Below, piece after piece: positions 48,711 through 60,456 of a DNA stretch of 64,000 bases. The position numbers and the translations under genes were made by a program. The notes under the pieces were generated by a model that was not told the origin of the DNA, ran no database searches, and was given only the letters and a program-made list of their open reading frames with translations. The stretch comes from a virus. Every line of letters starts with the position of its first letter. The first letter of the stretch is position 1. Location: positions 32,933-96,932 of IMG/VR virus record IMGVR_UViG_3300032753_002463; one strand, written 5' to 3'.

Positions 48711-49157
48711 ATGAAAAGAAATTCTCGATTAGTTTTCATAGTATTTTTATTCATTGTGATTGGATGGAAATTAATGTTTATGGAAAGGGTAGAACTTATA
48801 ATGGGAATACCCAGAATATACTTAAAAGACCCATCATGGGTAAAATCCACAATTTATTACCCTTTCAGGAAGAAGAAAAATATAACTGCTAGTGGATATA
48901 AATTCAAAAGTAAAATTTCAGATACGACTAGAATAATAGCAATTAGTAGGAATTTACAAAAAAAATTCCCATTCCATACTAAGGTTCTGTTAGTTGGAAC
49001 GGGAGCTGATGATGGTATTTATAAGGTTGAGGATTTAATGAATTCCCGCTTTAAGGATCGTATAGATATACTTGTAAATGGAACACATAAATTAATAATG
49101 TATGATTCTATAAAAATATACGAAATTAAAGAAGAGTATTTTAAATTACAACACTGA
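48711..49157 (+). CDS. Membrane-anchored 3D-domain/RlpA-like (double-psi beta barrel) cell-wall protein
   Basis: N-terminal TM helix; ITASG, IIAISR, G.Y.VED.M..R..RIDIL. Confidence 0.75.
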   Translation: MKRNSRLVFIVFLFIVIGWKLMFMERVELIMGIPRIYLKDPSWVKSTIYYPFRKKKNITASGYKFKSKISDTTRIIAISRNLQKKFPFHTKVLLVGTGADDGIYKVEDLMNSRFKDRIDILVNGTHKLIMYDSIKIYEIKEEYFKLQH

Positions 49158-51524
49158 TGCAAACTTCTTCTGGAATTCCCTAATCTCATCAGTATTTGTC
49201 ATTTCATCGCCCAAATCTTTATCTAGATTATGTTTTTTACCTTTAGTCCAATATGGGCTATCTGCAGTTGAATATGCCATAGAAAGTAACTTAACCTGGT
49301 CTGGGGTCCATTTCATTAGGTCCCTATATAGCTGTTTGTCTCTACTTCCATCACCATAAATATCATTAACCAATTTATTCAGATAAGTAGCATATTTAGA
49401 TGGTAATTTATCACTCTTAACTAAATCCACTATTTTATCTTGTGTACCATCATTCCACTTACAAACTCCTGCTTTTAGATCAAATACACCAAGCTCTTTA
49501 TCAAAGGTTCTCATTACCGCTCCATTCGCATAAAATCTTGCCCCATTACCAGTAGCAATGCAAGTTGCACCTTCTTTACCATAATTTTCGTTCTTTTGAG
49601 CGCCCATTCTAACCAGCTCGTCTATTAATTCTTGTGTTTTATACCCTTCTATTGCATTATTTTTTATCTTATCTACTTCTTCTTGTGGTACTTTTTTAAG
49701 ATTTGCCTGTTTTGAAATATTAGAAGCTTGCTCTGTATTAATTTCAGTTCCTTTAGAATGTTTTTTAACATCCTGTACTTCTCCCCCTCCTCCATTATCA
49801 GTACCTAAAATACTCCTAGCTGCTTTCATGTCAAACTGCTCAGATACCTTATTAAACATATCGAAAGAAAATGTTCGGGATTCCTGTATTTTTCCATCAA
49901 ATGAATTAATTTTATCTACTAATTCCTGTGTTATATCAGATGAACTATCAGTCATTTTAAAACCGGCCTTTAATGCTTTAACTATCTTTTCTGTAGTTTG
50001 CCCAAATTTACCATCACCTTTAAAGCTAACGAATTTTTGGAATGTTGGATCATTTTTAAATCCATCAAAATTCCCAAATTTATCAATTACTAAATTTTGA
50101 AAATTAGCAACGTTATTATCGCTTACTCCTTTTTTTACTCCGGGTTTTATAGGGGCATCAATTTTTATTGTATTACTATTATCACTAGTTCCTTTATCTA
50201 TATTCCCAGTGTTTGTTTTTATAGCCAACGCTTTTCTGTTTTGTACTGAATAATTTTCTACTTTTTGTCTAGCTGCATTTCCTTGTAGTATTAAATTAAA
50301 AGCATCTGGGCTTTTTCCTTTTATACTATTTTTACTTTCTAATTCATCTAAATCACTATTATATTGTTTCCTAAACTTATCTTCTAAAGAAACATATTCC
50401 TTCAATTTTGTTTCGTATCTTGTAATTAATCTATTAACACTTTCTATACTTTCAGGATCTGATGTTTTTAATTGATCCCTCATAGTTTTAATATCCGTTG
50501 CTAATTCTACAAAAGGTTCTTCCATCTTGTATGATGCAAAATTACTTTGGTTTGGATTAGCTACTCCAATAGCAATTTTATTACGAACTGCATCTACACG
50601 GCCCATAACATCCTCACATCCATCAATTAATTCATCAAATATTCTTTTTTTAATCCTATCAGTTGCCCTTCCCTTCCCTTCTTTTTGTTTATCCTCTGCT
50701 CTTTGTAAATCTGATTTTAATTTATCCAATGATTGGTTATCATCTTCATCCAGATCCTCTTGCTCTAATAACATAGCTTCGTATGTCTGAAAATTAGTAA
50801 AATCTCCAAAGCCAGTATTTTTAACTTCTGCAGGCTTGTCGGTCTGCTTTGGAGTCGCAGCAGCCATGTTATTTAGGTTTGATTTAAGGACATCAACTTG
50901 TGGTTTAATATATGGACCTAGATCCGGAATTTCCATTGTTAATGAGTTGGGAAATTTAGATAAAGCATCCTGATATAATTTTAGCGCCTGATCCTTCGAA
51001 GAAATAAAGTCAGCATAAAATTTGGCATCTGGGTCTGAATTAATTATAGTAGTAATAGAATCCAATCCAGTGGTAATAGCTTTTATAAATTCTTCCATCG
51101 TTTTTGCTCCTTGTAAGTCATCTAAACCAGATATTTGATTATTAGAAACAGCAGGTGAGTTAACATGATATGCAGATAAAAGAATTAATAGATTAGATGC
51201 AATTGTTTTGCAAACATAAATAGCATCCTTATTATCAATTTTAGCAGGTGGATTTTTTGGCTGATTATTTTGCTCCACTTTTTTTGTTTCATCCTTTCCT
51301 TGTACAGAAGCTTGACCTGATGTTGATGTATTAGACTGATTAGCGGGCTGTGGTTGTTGAGTAGAAGGTTTTAATGGTATTGCTGGCTTTGTTCCCTGCG
51401 CAGGGGCAGGCCCACTAGTATTTTCATCTTCATTTAGAGGCAATAGATGTGTATAATTCTTTGCTCTTTCCAGAAGCTTATCAAATGTTGGATTTGGTAT
51501 AAAATCTCTACGTGACCTTATCAT
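49146..51524 (-). CDS. Large helical putative internal/ejection protein with peptidoglycan-binding motif
   Basis: VANFQ...GDGKFGQTTEKIVKAL; LNE, LLE, IQE putative maturation sites. Confidence 0.55.
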   Translation of the reverse strand: MIRSRRDFIPNPTFDKLLERAKNYTHLLPLNEDENTSGPAPAQGTKPAIPLKPSTQQPQPANQSNTSTSGQASVQGKDETKKVEQNNQPKNPPAKIDNKDAIYVCKTIASNLLILLSAYHVNSPAVSNNQISGLDDLQGAKTMEEFIKAITTGLDSITTIINSDPDAKFYADFISSKDQALKLYQDALSKFPNSLTMEIPDLGPYIKPQVDVLKSNLNNMAAATPKQTDKPAEVKNTGFGDFTNFQTYEAMLLEQEDLDEDDNQSLDKLKSDLQRAEDKQKEGKGRATDRIKKRIFDELIDGCEDVMGRVDAVRNKIAIGVANPNQSNFASYKMEEPFVELATDIKTMRDQLKTSDPESIESVNRLITRYETKLKEYVSLEDKFRKQYNSDLDELESKNSIKGKSPDAFNLILQGNAARQKVENYSVQNRKALAIKTNTGNIDKGTSDNSNTIKIDAPIKPGVKKGVSDNNVANFQNLVIDKFGNFDGFKNDPTFQKFVSFKGDGKFGQTTEKIVKALKAGFKMTDSSSDITQELVDKINSFDGKIQESRTFSFDMFNKVSEQFDMKAARSILGTDNGGGGEVQDVKKHSKGTEINTEQASNISKQANLKKVPQEEVDKIKNNAIEGYKTQELIDELVRMGAQKNENYGKEGATCIATGNGARFYANGAVMRTFDKELGVFDLKAGVCKWNDGTQDKIVDLVKSDKLPSKYATYLNKLVNDIYGDGSRDKQLYRDLMKWTPDQVKLLSMAYSTADSPYWTKGKKHNLDKDLGDEMTNTDEIREFQKKFASVL

Positions 51525-51538
51525 TGATTTATAATATT

Positions 51539-52465
51539 TTATTTTGTCGTTGGTGTTCTAACTAAACGGCCGATATAATCTACCTTTAGTCTCATATAGT
51601 TTTTAAAAGCCTCTAATCTATTCTCTGCAGCTTTTTTGTTCCTTTCAATTTCTTCTATTTCTACATCATATATTGGAGCATTAGCTGCATATCGGGTTTT
51701 TTCTGATGTTAGGAATTTCTTTCTAGCATTGAGTTCATTTATTAATTCTTTATACTCGTCAAGATACCTTAATCTAATAGCAAATCCATCATGCTTCCAT
51801 TTAATAAGTTCCTGATCATTTCTTCCTTGTAGATATTGAAGAAAATATTCCCATTTCAAGCAATAAGGCTTATCAATTTTATAATTACCAATTTCTGAAA
51901 TTTCCTCTAATTCTCCATCAGGATCATTAGTAGAACCAGAAACAATTGTAGTGTCCCCAAGAGATTTTCTTAAATTTTCTATATCAGAAAATTGTGCTTG
52001 ATATGTATCTGCATATGGACCATTTTTATGTTTTTTAGCAACTTCATAAGCATAGGAAGCAATAATCTTATCTGCTTTAGCTGCCTCTCTATTATAATAT
52101 TCCGATAGCTTCTTATCTTTTTTTACTATCCTCATAATATCATCCTGAAAATTACCAATTTGGCTATTTCTGGATTTCTCAAAAGCATCCAATGCCTTCT
52201 TATTTATAAGGGCTTTTTGTTTTAATAAGGGACTAACCCCAGGAGACTTTACCTTTCTTCTTGAATCTAATGACTGCGACATATAAATATTATAGCTCAA
52301 TTCATTAGTCTTATCAATAAAATCCTTCTCAACCTTAATCATTTTATTGATAATAGTTTTTATCTTTGTGGAATTACTCGTCATCATAGACTTAACTCCA
52401 TCCGATATTGTATCAAGTAAATTCTCGTTGATGAATTTTTTATATTTCAGTAATTTTTTATTCAT
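51539..52465 (-). CDS. Coiled-coil putative internal head protein, paralogue of 52458-53561
   Basis: MNKKLLKYKKFINE N terminus; shared K(I/L)..I..KM...E..F.D and YYN blocks. Confidence 0.6.
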   Translation of the reverse strand: MNKKLLKYKKFINENLLDTISDGVKSMMTSNSTKIKTIINKMIKVEKDFIDKTNELSYNIYMSQSLDSRRKVKSPGVSPLLKQKALINKKALDAFEKSRNSQIGNFQDDIMRIVKKDKKLSEYYNREAAKADKIIASYAYEVAKKHKNGPYADTYQAQFSDIENLRKSLGDTTIVSGSTNDPDGELEEISEIGNYKIDKPYCLKWEYFLQYLQGRNDQELIKWKHDGFAIRLRYLDEYKELINELNARKKFLTSEKTRYAANAPIYDVEIEEIERNKKAAENRLEAFKNYMRLKVDYIGRLVRTPTTK

Positions 52466-53561
52466 TGCTTACGGTCGCTACTTTTTTTGGTACTGGTTTC
52501 TTTTTCTTTTTCTTCTTTATAATCCCTTGGTAAACTGGAAATTTATAATCAATAAGTTCTTTTTTTATACCCTCTAACTGTTCAGCGTAATATTTAACAG
52601 CATCTTTTAGTTGATCTGTACTTCCATCGGGAGCTAAAGAATTTACTCCATTAATTTTTAATTCTATTCTTCTTATAGCAGTACCCTTTTTAGCAATAAA
52701 TGACGATTCTTTTCTAGAATATTCAGATTTGGAATTTGATGGATTCATTTCCTCGTGATTTATCATCTCATAGATATTATTTTTATATTTAGTAGAGAGA
52801 ACATAAGCATCCTTCATTTTAGTTTCAGCATCTCTAAATATGGCAGATTTCCATTCTGGGCCTGGATCATATTTAGATATTTTGTTTTGTATTTGTTGGA
52901 CCTGATTTTGGACTTCTTCAGCTTCTTTCTTCGCTTCTTCTGGGGTACCAAAAATATCAGCAACCTTTTGTTGTATATTAGTATCTGTTTGGTATTTGGT
53001 TAATTGATATTTATTATCCGCCCTTTTCTTTTTAGCTTCTGCTGAATCCCTTGACCTCTTAAGATTATAATAATCAGCCTTTCTACTATTATCCTTTGTT
53101 ATAATATCTACCTCTTTTTCTAAATCATCCATAATAGTATTATAGGATTTAATTAAACCTCTCATTTGTGATTCTAATTCCTGAAGTCTAAGTTGAACTG
53201 GCCCCATTCTACTCTTATCTTGAGCTCTAAATTTTAGGTGAACGAGCTCTCTAAATAGTTGGATATATTCAGTTTCGATTTTATTCTCTCTATCAACAAA
53301 CTTATTTTCAGTATCATCCATTTTTTGAAGAATAGAATCTAATTTAGAAATATCTCCACCTAAATGCTTTGAAAGAGAATTTAATATTTTAGAGCCAAGA
53401 CCTTCTTTAACTGCTTGTACTGATTCTAATAAATTATATGTTGTTGAGCTTGTGTATTTTGTATTTCTGAGATATTCTGCAGCTAATTCTACATCTCCAT
53501 AACACTCTATAAGAGCTATTTTACAATCCTCGTAAGATTTCAGATTATTTATGAATTTCAT
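52458..53561 (-). CDS. Coiled-coil protein with EF-Ts-like (UBA-type) N-terminal motif and Lys-rich tail
   Basis: DCKIALIECYGDVELAAEYLR; C-terminal KKKKKKKPVPKK. Confidence 0.6.
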   Translation of the reverse strand: MKFINNLKSYEDCKIALIECYGDVELAAEYLRNTKYTSSTTYNLLESVQAVKEGLGSKILNSLSKHLGGDISKLDSILQKMDDTENKFVDRENKIETEYIQLFRELVHLKFRAQDKSRMGPVQLRLQELESQMRGLIKSYNTIMDDLEKEVDIITKDNSRKADYYNLKRSRDSAEAKKKRADNKYQLTKYQTDTNIQQKVADIFGTPEEAKKEAEEVQNQVQQIQNKISKYDPGPEWKSAIFRDAETKMKDAYVLSTKYKNNIYEMINHEEMNPSNSKSEYSRKESSFIAKKGTAIRRIELKINGVNSLAPDGSTDQLKDAVKYYAEQLEGIKKELIDYKFPVYQGIIKKKKKKKPVPKKVATVSNE

Positions 53562-53577
53562 TCGAACTATGTTTTTA

Positions 53578-53585
53578 TATATATC
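53578..53585 (-). promoter_or_regulatory. GATATATA motif
   Basis: 16 nt upstream of 53561, just past the MCP terminator. Confidence 0.7.
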
Positions 53586-53617
53586 TCTTTTTTAATAGAG
53601 GATACTCTTTACAAAAG

Positions 53618-53645
53618 AAAAGTCCTAGATTGCTCTAGGACTTTT
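53618..53645 (-). terminator. Intrinsic terminator of the capsid operon
   Basis: aaaagtcctaga-ttgc-tctaggactttt (GCAA tetraloop on the - strand). Confidence 0.85.
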
Positions 53646-53671
53646 TAATTATGAACTAATCGAGATTACGA

Positions 53672-55441
53672 TTAAACAATACCAGCTGCTGGCATAGTAA
53701 CGTAGAATGTAAAGTACATAGTCTGAGGATGGTGACCAGCTTCAACTAATGCGTACCTAGATTTTACCGCGATTTTTGGTGACATTGTACCTTCAGAGAT
53801 TGTCTGAATTGATTCTGCCATCATATAAGGCATAAACTTCATACCTGGTTCGTCATCGCCGCCTTTTCTTCCTACTAATACCCTAGTGTCTGAGTATTTC
53901 ATATTCTGATCAACATATACTGTCATACCAGCGATAGCACCTACAGGGTAAAGTGTACCATTGTTTTGAGTAAGTGTGTTAGAGAACGGTGCAAATGTAA
54001 ACTGACTGATGTCCTGTAGTGCAGAAGCAATCTGTGAGTTACAAACTACAAAGTTAGCTGGTCCTCTCCTACCTCTGTTAGCAACTACGTTAGCAGCAGC
54101 TAATAGCCTAGAGAATAATCTCCTCTGAACGGTAGATTGGTTTTCGTAACCACCTGTTGCGATTTGTCCAGGGGTTGAAAGGGTAATAAGACCTTCAGCT
54201 TTACCAACAAAGCTAGCAGTAGAACCGCTACCTGCACCAATACCAAGGTTGATGTTCATATTCTGTCCTTCTACAGTGTAGAATTCGTAGTGATTAGACC
54301 AACCAAGAGCAAATGCCCTAGAAAGGATGTGCTTATTAATAGCCTGAGATACTTCGTTAACAAGAGAGTTTTCGATCATAGAAACTACGTCGATACCGAA
54401 CTGCTTGTTAAGATCTTGTATCTGTTCAGTGGTAACACCTGCAGCTATCTGGAATGTTCCAGCTTCAACGAATTTAGTGAAGGTGTTAAGCGCCATCTGT
54501 TTGAAGTATGTGCTTTCTCCAACTCCCCTAGCCATTGGATCGTATACCTGAGTTCCGTCAACATAAGGTCCTACCCAGTTATTAGTATTACTAGAACCAG
54601 CTCCTGTGAAACCTTGTATGTGATCTTCAAGTGCTTTAACTAATACAGCTGAACCAGCAGTTGAATCAACAGGAGTAGCAGAAGTAACAGTTAATGTAGT
54701 ACCAGAGAAGGTAGCAGAATAAACGTCTGCAGTACCAGTAGATGGAACACATGCATTAATAGATTGGTTTGCAGTAATACCCTGTACTCTAAAGATAGGG
54801 AAACCATCAATACGAGAATTACCAACAAACTGTGCATAAATTACAGGGGTACCAGTAGAAGTAAGGTTATAAGTAGTAGCAGAAAGGTTAACACCAATTG
54901 CATATACATTACCTACAACTAAGTTAGTAGCAGGAGATGCAGTACTCGTAGGAACCTTAACCAAATCTGGAGAGTTATCAGTGTTGTTAGTAGCAACATC
55001 GGTAGATACACCACCTAATTTACCACCAGCATATACATAATCTAAATAGCTAAGTACGCCTGTAGGTCCTTGCATAGGTATAACTGGTACGATATCAAAA
55101 CCGACAGTCTTTGCAGCTACCTGAATAGCAAGGGGAAGTAAGGATGGGAATTTATCACCAGATCCAAGACCAGAACCTGAATAAGAACCGCCAGCATAGA
55201 ATGCAGCAGGACCACCAACACCACCAGCAGCAGTACCACCATAAAGGTTACCAGCAGGAGCAATATTACCCATACCGTTCATTACACCTAGGGAGTTATA
55301 CGCACCGGCAGACTCATTTAATGAGTGGTAGTGGCAATATGTAGACAACCAGTCGATTTTAGACCTATCTGTTATACCAGTTTTACTCTCGATAATGGGT
55401 GCCCATGTATCGTAGATTTCGTGATGATTAATAAGATTCAT
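53672..55441 (-). CDS. Major capsid protein (T4 gp23-like)
   Basis: WAPIIE, DIVPVIPMQGPTG, TTEQIQDL..QFGID, E..Q.IN..IL, RRG.ANFVV.N, G...G..VYVD, FMPY, T..PKI.VKSRYAL. Confidence 0.93.
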   Translation of the reverse strand: MNLINHHEIYDTWAPIIESKTGITDRSKIDWLSTYCHYHSLNESAGAYNSLGVMNGMGNIAPAGNLYGGTAAGGVGGPAAFYAGGSYSGSGLGSGDKFPSLLPLAIQVAAKTVGFDIVPVIPMQGPTGVLSYLDYVYAGGKLGGVSTDVATNNTDNSPDLVKVPTSTASPATNLVVGNVYAIGVNLSATTYNLTSTGTPVIYAQFVGNSRIDGFPIFRVQGITANQSINACVPSTGTADVYSATFSGTTLTVTSATPVDSTAGSAVLVKALEDHIQGFTGAGSSNTNNWVGPYVDGTQVYDPMARGVGESTYFKQMALNTFTKFVEAGTFQIAAGVTTEQIQDLNKQFGIDVVSMIENSLVNEVSQAINKHILSRAFALGWSNHYEFYTVEGQNMNINLGIGAGSGSTASFVGKAEGLITLSTPGQIATGGYENQSTVQRRLFSRLLAAANVVANRGRRGPANFVVCNSQIASALQDISQFTFAPFSNTLTQNNGTLYPVGAIAGMTVYVDQNMKYSDTRVLVGRKGGDDEPGMKFMPYMMAESIQTISEGTMSPKIAVKSRYALVEAGHHPQTMYFTFYVTMPAAGIV

Positions 55442-55466
55442 TTTATATGAATTATTTTATTTATTT

Positions 55467-57587
55467 TTACTTTCTAAACCTAAGATCAAGTTGTGCAGCT
55501 ATATTGCTGATATAATCAGAATTATAACCTTTACCATTTTGACCAGAGATTAATTTTTTACTTTCGTCTAACTGCTGAACATTCTTAGCTGATACTTTAA
55601 TTCCTCTTGATTTCCAGAAGTGATTTATTTGGTATGGTGTATCAAGCCTATAAGACTTACTTTGTGCAATAATTGAAGCTCTTTGACCTTCATTCATTGT
55701 TTCCCATGCTCCCTTAAATTCTTCTGGCATCATATCAAGGAATTTTTCACCTGATCTTGCCTGCTCTGTTAGAGCGTTGCCCATGATATCAATTACTTCT
55801 TTTTCGGATGAATAATTGTTCTCATTAAGCGCTTTTGTCACCTTTTGTTTTTCGGCTTCGTTTAGAGATAAAAATCCAGTCTTAACGTCGTTATTCACTA
55901 ACTTTAAGAAACTATATTTTTTCTCGTTTATTATCTCATCTGTCTTTTGTTTATTAACAGATTCTATTAGAGTATCTATCTTAGAAGAAATTCCTTCGTA
56001 GTTTCCAGAAAATCCTGAGATTCTCTTATTTTCGGAAATAGCTTGAGTTATCTCTTTTGTTAAATTTTTGTTTCCTTTTATATTGTTCATTGATTCTGCT
56101 AATGCCTCAGCATAACCAATATTATTTCCTAATTTTTCTGATAAGTAATCGGAAAATTGAATGCTCTTATGTAGATTCTCTGCAAGATAGTCAGAAAATG
56201 CTAAGCCTTGATTAACTTTTTCACCAATACTTTCAGAATATCTAATACCTCTATCTAAATTTAATGCTAAATACTCGCCATAAGAAATACTCCTATCCAA
56301 ATTCTCTGCAAGATAGTTTTGATAAGAAATAACTTTGTTCATACTTTCGGTAAGGTAGTCACCATAAGTTATATTTTTATCCAAATTCTCTGCAAGATAT
56401 TCACTATATCTAATATTCTTATCTACATTTTCCGCAATATATTCAGTATAAGCTACTGCTTGCCTGATTTTTTCTTCCAATGTAACAAATTTAGCTACAC
56501 TATTATCTACGTTTTCCGCAATATACTCTGCGTAAGAAATGTTGTTATCAAGGTGTTCAGCCAAGTACTTAGCATATGCTATTACTCTTTGTAGACTTTC
56601 ATCCATTTGCCTATTTTCAGTAACTGTACCTTCTAGGTGTTCTGAAAGATATTCGCTATATTTAATAGATGCTTCTAAATTTTCTGCAAGATAGTCACAA
56701 TATTTTTCCAACTTAGAAATTCTTTCTTCTGAAGTCATACTAGATTTTTCGGTCTTATCTGCCTTAGCTTTTTCGTTAATCTTAACTGGTACCTTAGTAG
56801 TCTTTAAAGAAGAAAGGGAAGCTTTAAGAGCTGACATTTCCTTTTGAAGTAATTTGGTATATTCATTAAGTTCTTCCGCAGTAACAAAATTTTCCATGCT
56901 CGATTGCTTATTTGTAATATTTTCTTTCTTGGATAGCAATTTTGCTATTTTCTCCTGATCCTTGATTCTATATATCCTAATATTAGAATCATTCTTCAGC
57001 CCAAAATTCTCATTTATTACAGAAAGTCCATTAATAATGGAATCTTTCTTATTTTTTTCATTTAAACCCGATCCAAAACTTTCATAAACCCTACCCAATT
57101 GAGCAGTTTCAAATCCTGGATCTGCTACTAGATCATAGGTAAAAATTCTTTTAATCTCTACCCTCTTATTAGCGCCTACTACACCTGCAGCTCTAGAAGA
57201 AATGGAAATTGGTATTCCTGCTTCTACTAGAGACCTAGCAATTTGGCCTGCTGGAGTATCTAAAAGTTTAACCTTAATTCTAACAGTCCTATCCTCCTTA
57301 TTATAAACAAGTTTTTCAATAACATGAGATAGATTCTTTAAAGAAACATCAAATTCCTTAGGATGATCTAATTCACCACAAAGCCTTCTTTGGTTAATCT
57401 TTTCGTTTAAATATTCTAGGTGAGGAAGATATTCACTTTCCTCATAGATCCTTTGATTCGAATTTTCCTTACCAAAAACTGCAGCAACACCTTCTAAGTA
57501 GATGTCATTGGAGTTTTGGCTTCTCTCTGTTTTTAAATTAGAAAGGGATCTTTCCAATATTAAAACGTAATCCTGGTTTTGGGCCAT
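55467..57587 (-). CDS. Prohead maturation protease (gp21-like) fused to a scaffolding domain
   Basis: YLEG, N.NQRIY, GELDHP, SH, LLDTPAG, ISSRAAG, TYDLVADPGF; then ~14-aa YxEYLAEnL repeats. Confidence 0.92.
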   Translation of the reverse strand: MAQNQDYVLILERSLSNLKTERSQNSNDIYLEGVAAVFGKENSNQRIYEESEYLPHLEYLNEKINQRRLCGELDHPKEFDVSLKNLSHVIEKLVYNKEDRTVRIKVKLLDTPAGQIARSLVEAGIPISISSRAAGVVGANKRVEIKRIFTYDLVADPGFETAQLGRVYESFGSGLNEKNKKDSIINGLSVINENFGLKNDSNIRIYRIKDQEKIAKLLSKKENITNKQSSMENFVTAEELNEYTKLLQKEMSALKASLSSLKTTKVPVKINEKAKADKTEKSSMTSEERISKLEKYCDYLAENLEASIKYSEYLSEHLEGTVTENRQMDESLQRVIAYAKYLAEHLDNNISYAEYIAENVDNSVAKFVTLEEKIRQAVAYTEYIAENVDKNIRYSEYLAENLDKNITYGDYLTESMNKVISYQNYLAENLDRSISYGEYLALNLDRGIRYSESIGEKVNQGLAFSDYLAENLHKSIQFSDYLSEKLGNNIGYAEALAESMNNIKGNKNLTKEITQAISENKRISGFSGNYEGISSKIDTLIESVNKQKTDEIINEKKYSFLKLVNNDVKTGFLSLNEAEKQKVTKALNENNYSSEKEVIDIMGNALTEQARSGEKFLDMMPEEFKGAWETMNEGQRASIIAQSKSYRLDTPYQINHFWKSRGIKVSAKNVQQLDESKKLISGQNGKGYNSDYISNIAAQLDLRFRK

Positions 57588-57609
57588 TAGTTTTTGATAT
57601 TATTAAATG

Positions 57610-57617
57610 TATATATC
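57610..57617 (-). promoter_or_regulatory. GATATATA motif heading the protease-MCP operon
   Basis: 22 nt upstream of the 57587 ATG. Confidence 0.75.
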
Positions 57618-57647
57618 TCTTTTCCTGTGTCTATTTTACGAGAGTGC

Positions 57648-59912
<2,265 letters not shown>

Positions 59913-59951
59913 CTTGATATATTTTATTTGAGCTCAATGAGTTCATTTTTA

Positions 59952-59959
59952 TATATATC
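59952..59959 (-). promoter_or_regulatory. GATATATA motif
   Basis: Upstream of 59912, following a terminator. Confidence 0.65.
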
Positions 59960-59995
59960 TAAGATAAAATGGATTAATCCTTTACAATATTGCAC

Positions 59996-60025
59996 AAAAA
60001 AGGCCTTCTGTTCACAGAAGGCCTT
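59996..60025 (-). terminator. Intrinsic terminator
   Basis: aaggccttctg-ttca-cagaaggcctt with a T tract on the - strand. Confidence 0.85.
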
Positions 60026-60045
60026 AACATAACAAATAGTAGCTT

Positions 60046-60447
60046 TTAATAATTTAATCTTGTTGCACTTTCGGATTTAAACCGCCTTAGTTCAGCAGTT
60101 AGCCATAAAAAATTAGGAGATATATCTATATCTGGAGATTTAGTAGTAACAGTGAATAATATATGGGCCTCCTGAATATAGATCTTATAATAATTTGGTT
60201 TTAAAATAAAAAACAGGTTATCACTAGTCCTATCATATGATTCTCCATTAAATATTTCTTTTAATGGAGTACCATTGTTAAATAACTCGGAAAAAAGAAT
60301 AAAGTCCGGGGCCTTACCTGTCATCAAAATAGAATCTTCGTTAACGATCTTCCTTTGCATGAAATCCTGATAATCCGCCAATTTTATTTGAGCATGTCCG
60401 AATAAAAAATTCGAGGCAAGGAAAATAGTGAGTATAATTTTTTTCAT
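60046..60447 (-). CDS. Secreted protein with Sec signal peptide
   Basis: MKKIILTIFLASNFLFGHA|Q. Confidence 0.7.
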   Translation of the reverse strand: MKKIILTIFLASNFLFGHAQIKLADYQDFMQRKIVNEDSILMTGKAPDFILFSELFNNGTPLKEIFNGESYDRTSDNLFFILKPNYYKIYIQEAHILFTVTTKSPDIDISPNFLWLTAELRRFKSESATRLNY

Positions 60448-60456
60448 AGTGTAGTT

